A DNA stretch of 63,621 nucleotides, counting the filler, from Diploschistes diacapsis (taxonomy: Eukaryota): assembly GCA_023645945.1 (NCBI GenBank). It is 24 parts of 24 records of this genome, joined end to end, with 100 filler letters (N's around TTAATTAATTAA, not from the genome) between each part and the next. Parts side by side here need not be neighbours in the genome. Positions count along the whole stretch, not along the records: positions 61,352 to 62,436 come from JALAIB010004026.1; positions 62,537 to 63,621 come from JALAIB010004027.1; 22 more parts are not named here. One strand, 5' to 3'. Positions 61,660-63,621 of the stretch are shown piece after piece (positions within the stretch are counted from its first letter, which is position 1; every line of letters begins with the position of its first letter). The notes under the pieces are model-generated. The model was not told the DNA's origin. It made no database searches and worked only from the letters and a program-made list of their open reading frames with translations. The position numbers and the translations under genes were made by a program.

Positions 61660-62003
61660 TATAAACATAAAAGTAGGCGGTAGACTTGGTGGGGGTAGTC
61701 CCCACAGGGCAGCTCCATTTAAGGAGGCCTGATAGGTAGTTCTAGATAAGCAATGCATCCTATACTTTACAAATATCCTATCTAGGTATGCTGTTGACTA
61801 TGAAATCATATTACATTCCCTTACTACATCACTTACGACTATCTACCTACTACAGCAAAAGAAGTCTCCCTAGACAGCGCGTCTTGTATTTATAATGAGG
61901 GTCAACCTAAGGACTTGTTTAAGGACCCTTTCACATCTTGCGAAAGGTAAGGAGAAGGTTACGATCTAAAAGCTTTAGGTATGACAGGAAGACATTATTT
62001 ACA
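61660..62003. repeat. 344-bp LTR (T[G>A]TAAA...TTTACA)
   Basis: Colinear with 63208-63551, differing mostly by transitions. Confidence 0.85.
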
Positions 62004-63207
62004 AGAATATAGAAAGAGAAAGGAAAAAGACATCTAATTGTCCTTAAATAGCCTGTTAGTATTAAAAGGATAAAAGAACAGAATTTAATTAAAATACATT
62101 TAGAAAATTAGGCTACGAATAGATAGAATATTAAGAAAGAATTAGAAATTAAAAATGATCGATATTAAAAACGATAGGTATTATTAACTCGAGTTACTCG
62201 ATACCGAACGGAAATTAAATAAATTAATTAGAATTACGCGAATACGAACACGAGAAAAAGGAAATCGAATACGAATAAATAGATTAAATAAGATAATACG
62301 AATACGAACGGTAAAGAATAGAAATAGAATACGAGTTTTAAAAAAGAACAGCAAAAAATAAATGAATACGAGAACCAATGTTATCAGAACAAAAGAAACA
62401 GGGAATAAAAAAAAGAAAAAAGAAAGAAAAAGTAATNNNNNNNNNNNNNNNNNNNNNNNNNNNNNNNNNNNNNNNNNNNNTTAATTAATTAANNNNNNNN
62501 NNNNNNNNNNNNNNNNNNNNNNNNNNNNNNNNNNNNTCTTTATATCGTTTTTATATTTTTTTTAATCGTGTTTAATTTTTTTTAATTTCGACGCGTTTTT
62601 TTTACAATTAAATTTCGACGCGTTAACGTCGTTCCCGTGTATCGCTTCTATTATTATAATTTAAAATTATATTAATCTTTCGTTTTATTTTATTTTCACG
62701 TATACCCCGATCGTTTATATTACGTCTGTTAATCTATTTTTTGCGTTCGAGCTCCCCGCCGGCCCGTTTACGCGGTTTTGTTGGGAATGAGACGCGTCGC
62801 GACGCGATTTTCCTCTTCCTCGTTATATCGCTGCCTTCTCTCCGCTGTTACCTTGGGGGCGCTTCTGCTCTATATGTTTGTTTCGATCGTATCAGATCCC
62901 TGGAAGGATCGTATCAATTCGGGTCTAATTAGCCATTAATATACCTTTAAGGAAGTTAAGGGATTATAAAACATTAAAACCCGGAGAATCAAATAATTCG
63001 TTTTATATTACTTATATAAAAATCATATCCGTAAAAATGGAATTATTTTTAATAGCGATCTTATTTACTAAATAACGAGTTTTTTTTTTAATTTACTTTT
63101 ATTTTCGCTTTAAAAACTTTTCTTTACGCGATAAACGTATCTATATTTTATTCAATTAAATCAGAAATTGGTCACGAATCTTTTAATCTTTTTTTATATC
63201 TTTCTAT

Positions 63208-63551
63208 TGTAAACATAAAAGTAGGCCGTAGACTTGGTGGGGGTGGTTCCCACAGGGCGGTTCTATTTAAGGAGGCCTGCTAGGTAGCTCTAGATAATTA
63301 ATGCATCCTATACTTCACAAATGTCCTACCTAGGTATGCTGTTGATTATTAGATTATATTACATTCCTTTACTATATTATTTACGACTACCTACCTATTA
63401 TAGCAAGGGAAGTCTCCCTAGACAGCGCGCCTTGTGTTTATAATGGGGGCCAACCTAAGGACTTGTCTAAAGACCCTTCCATATCTTACGAAAGGTAAGA
63501 AGAAGGTTACGATCTAAAAGTTCTAGACATGATAGAAAAATATTATTTACA
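63208..63551. repeat. 344-bp LTR (TGTAAA...TTTACA); a third copy begins at 63579
   Basis: 6-bp terminal inverted repeat; homologous to 61660-62003. Confidence 0.85.
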
Positions 63552-63621
63552 AGAATATAAAGAAAGAAAGGAATCGTATATAAACATAAAAGTAGGCGGC
63601 AGACTTGATAGGGGTAGTCCC

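Overview
This is a filamentous ascomycete (Pezizomycotina-like) draft genome. The window holds 24 contigs joined by 100-nt artificial spacers (N-run + TTAATTAATTAA + N-run), so adjacency across a spacer means nothing. Contig 4761-23469 carries a UDP-galactose transporter, a 727-aa hypothetical gene, meiotic HOP1, CDC4, an EngB/YihA GTPase, a complete TIR+TSD DNA transposon relic and FMC1. Just downstream of FMC1 are two intron-encoded box C/D snoRNAs (snR74/U27 and snR73/U35 types) that the ORF track cannot show. Contig 35453-54130 carries a frameshifted GH28 exo-polygalacturonase pseudogene, a four-exon grg-1/ccg-1, an ATF/CREB bZIP, an isolated ~120-nt hairpin and a Zn2Cys6-DUF3425-like transcription factor. 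The ~1.09-kb contigs are mostly RIP-degraded nested transposons (Fot1/pogo, hAT-like MITE, CACTA-like, copia, gypsy, LINE, LTRs) plus fragments of APM3, MRP10, CHL4 and a CE3 esterase. The most notable signals are the snoRNA pair apparently hosted in FMC1 3'-UTR introns, a HOP1 intron needing a GG donor, the 1116-bp element between the GTPase and FMC1, and RIP that appears to leave CpG behind. All family calls come from manual translation and recalled motifs; no database search was run.
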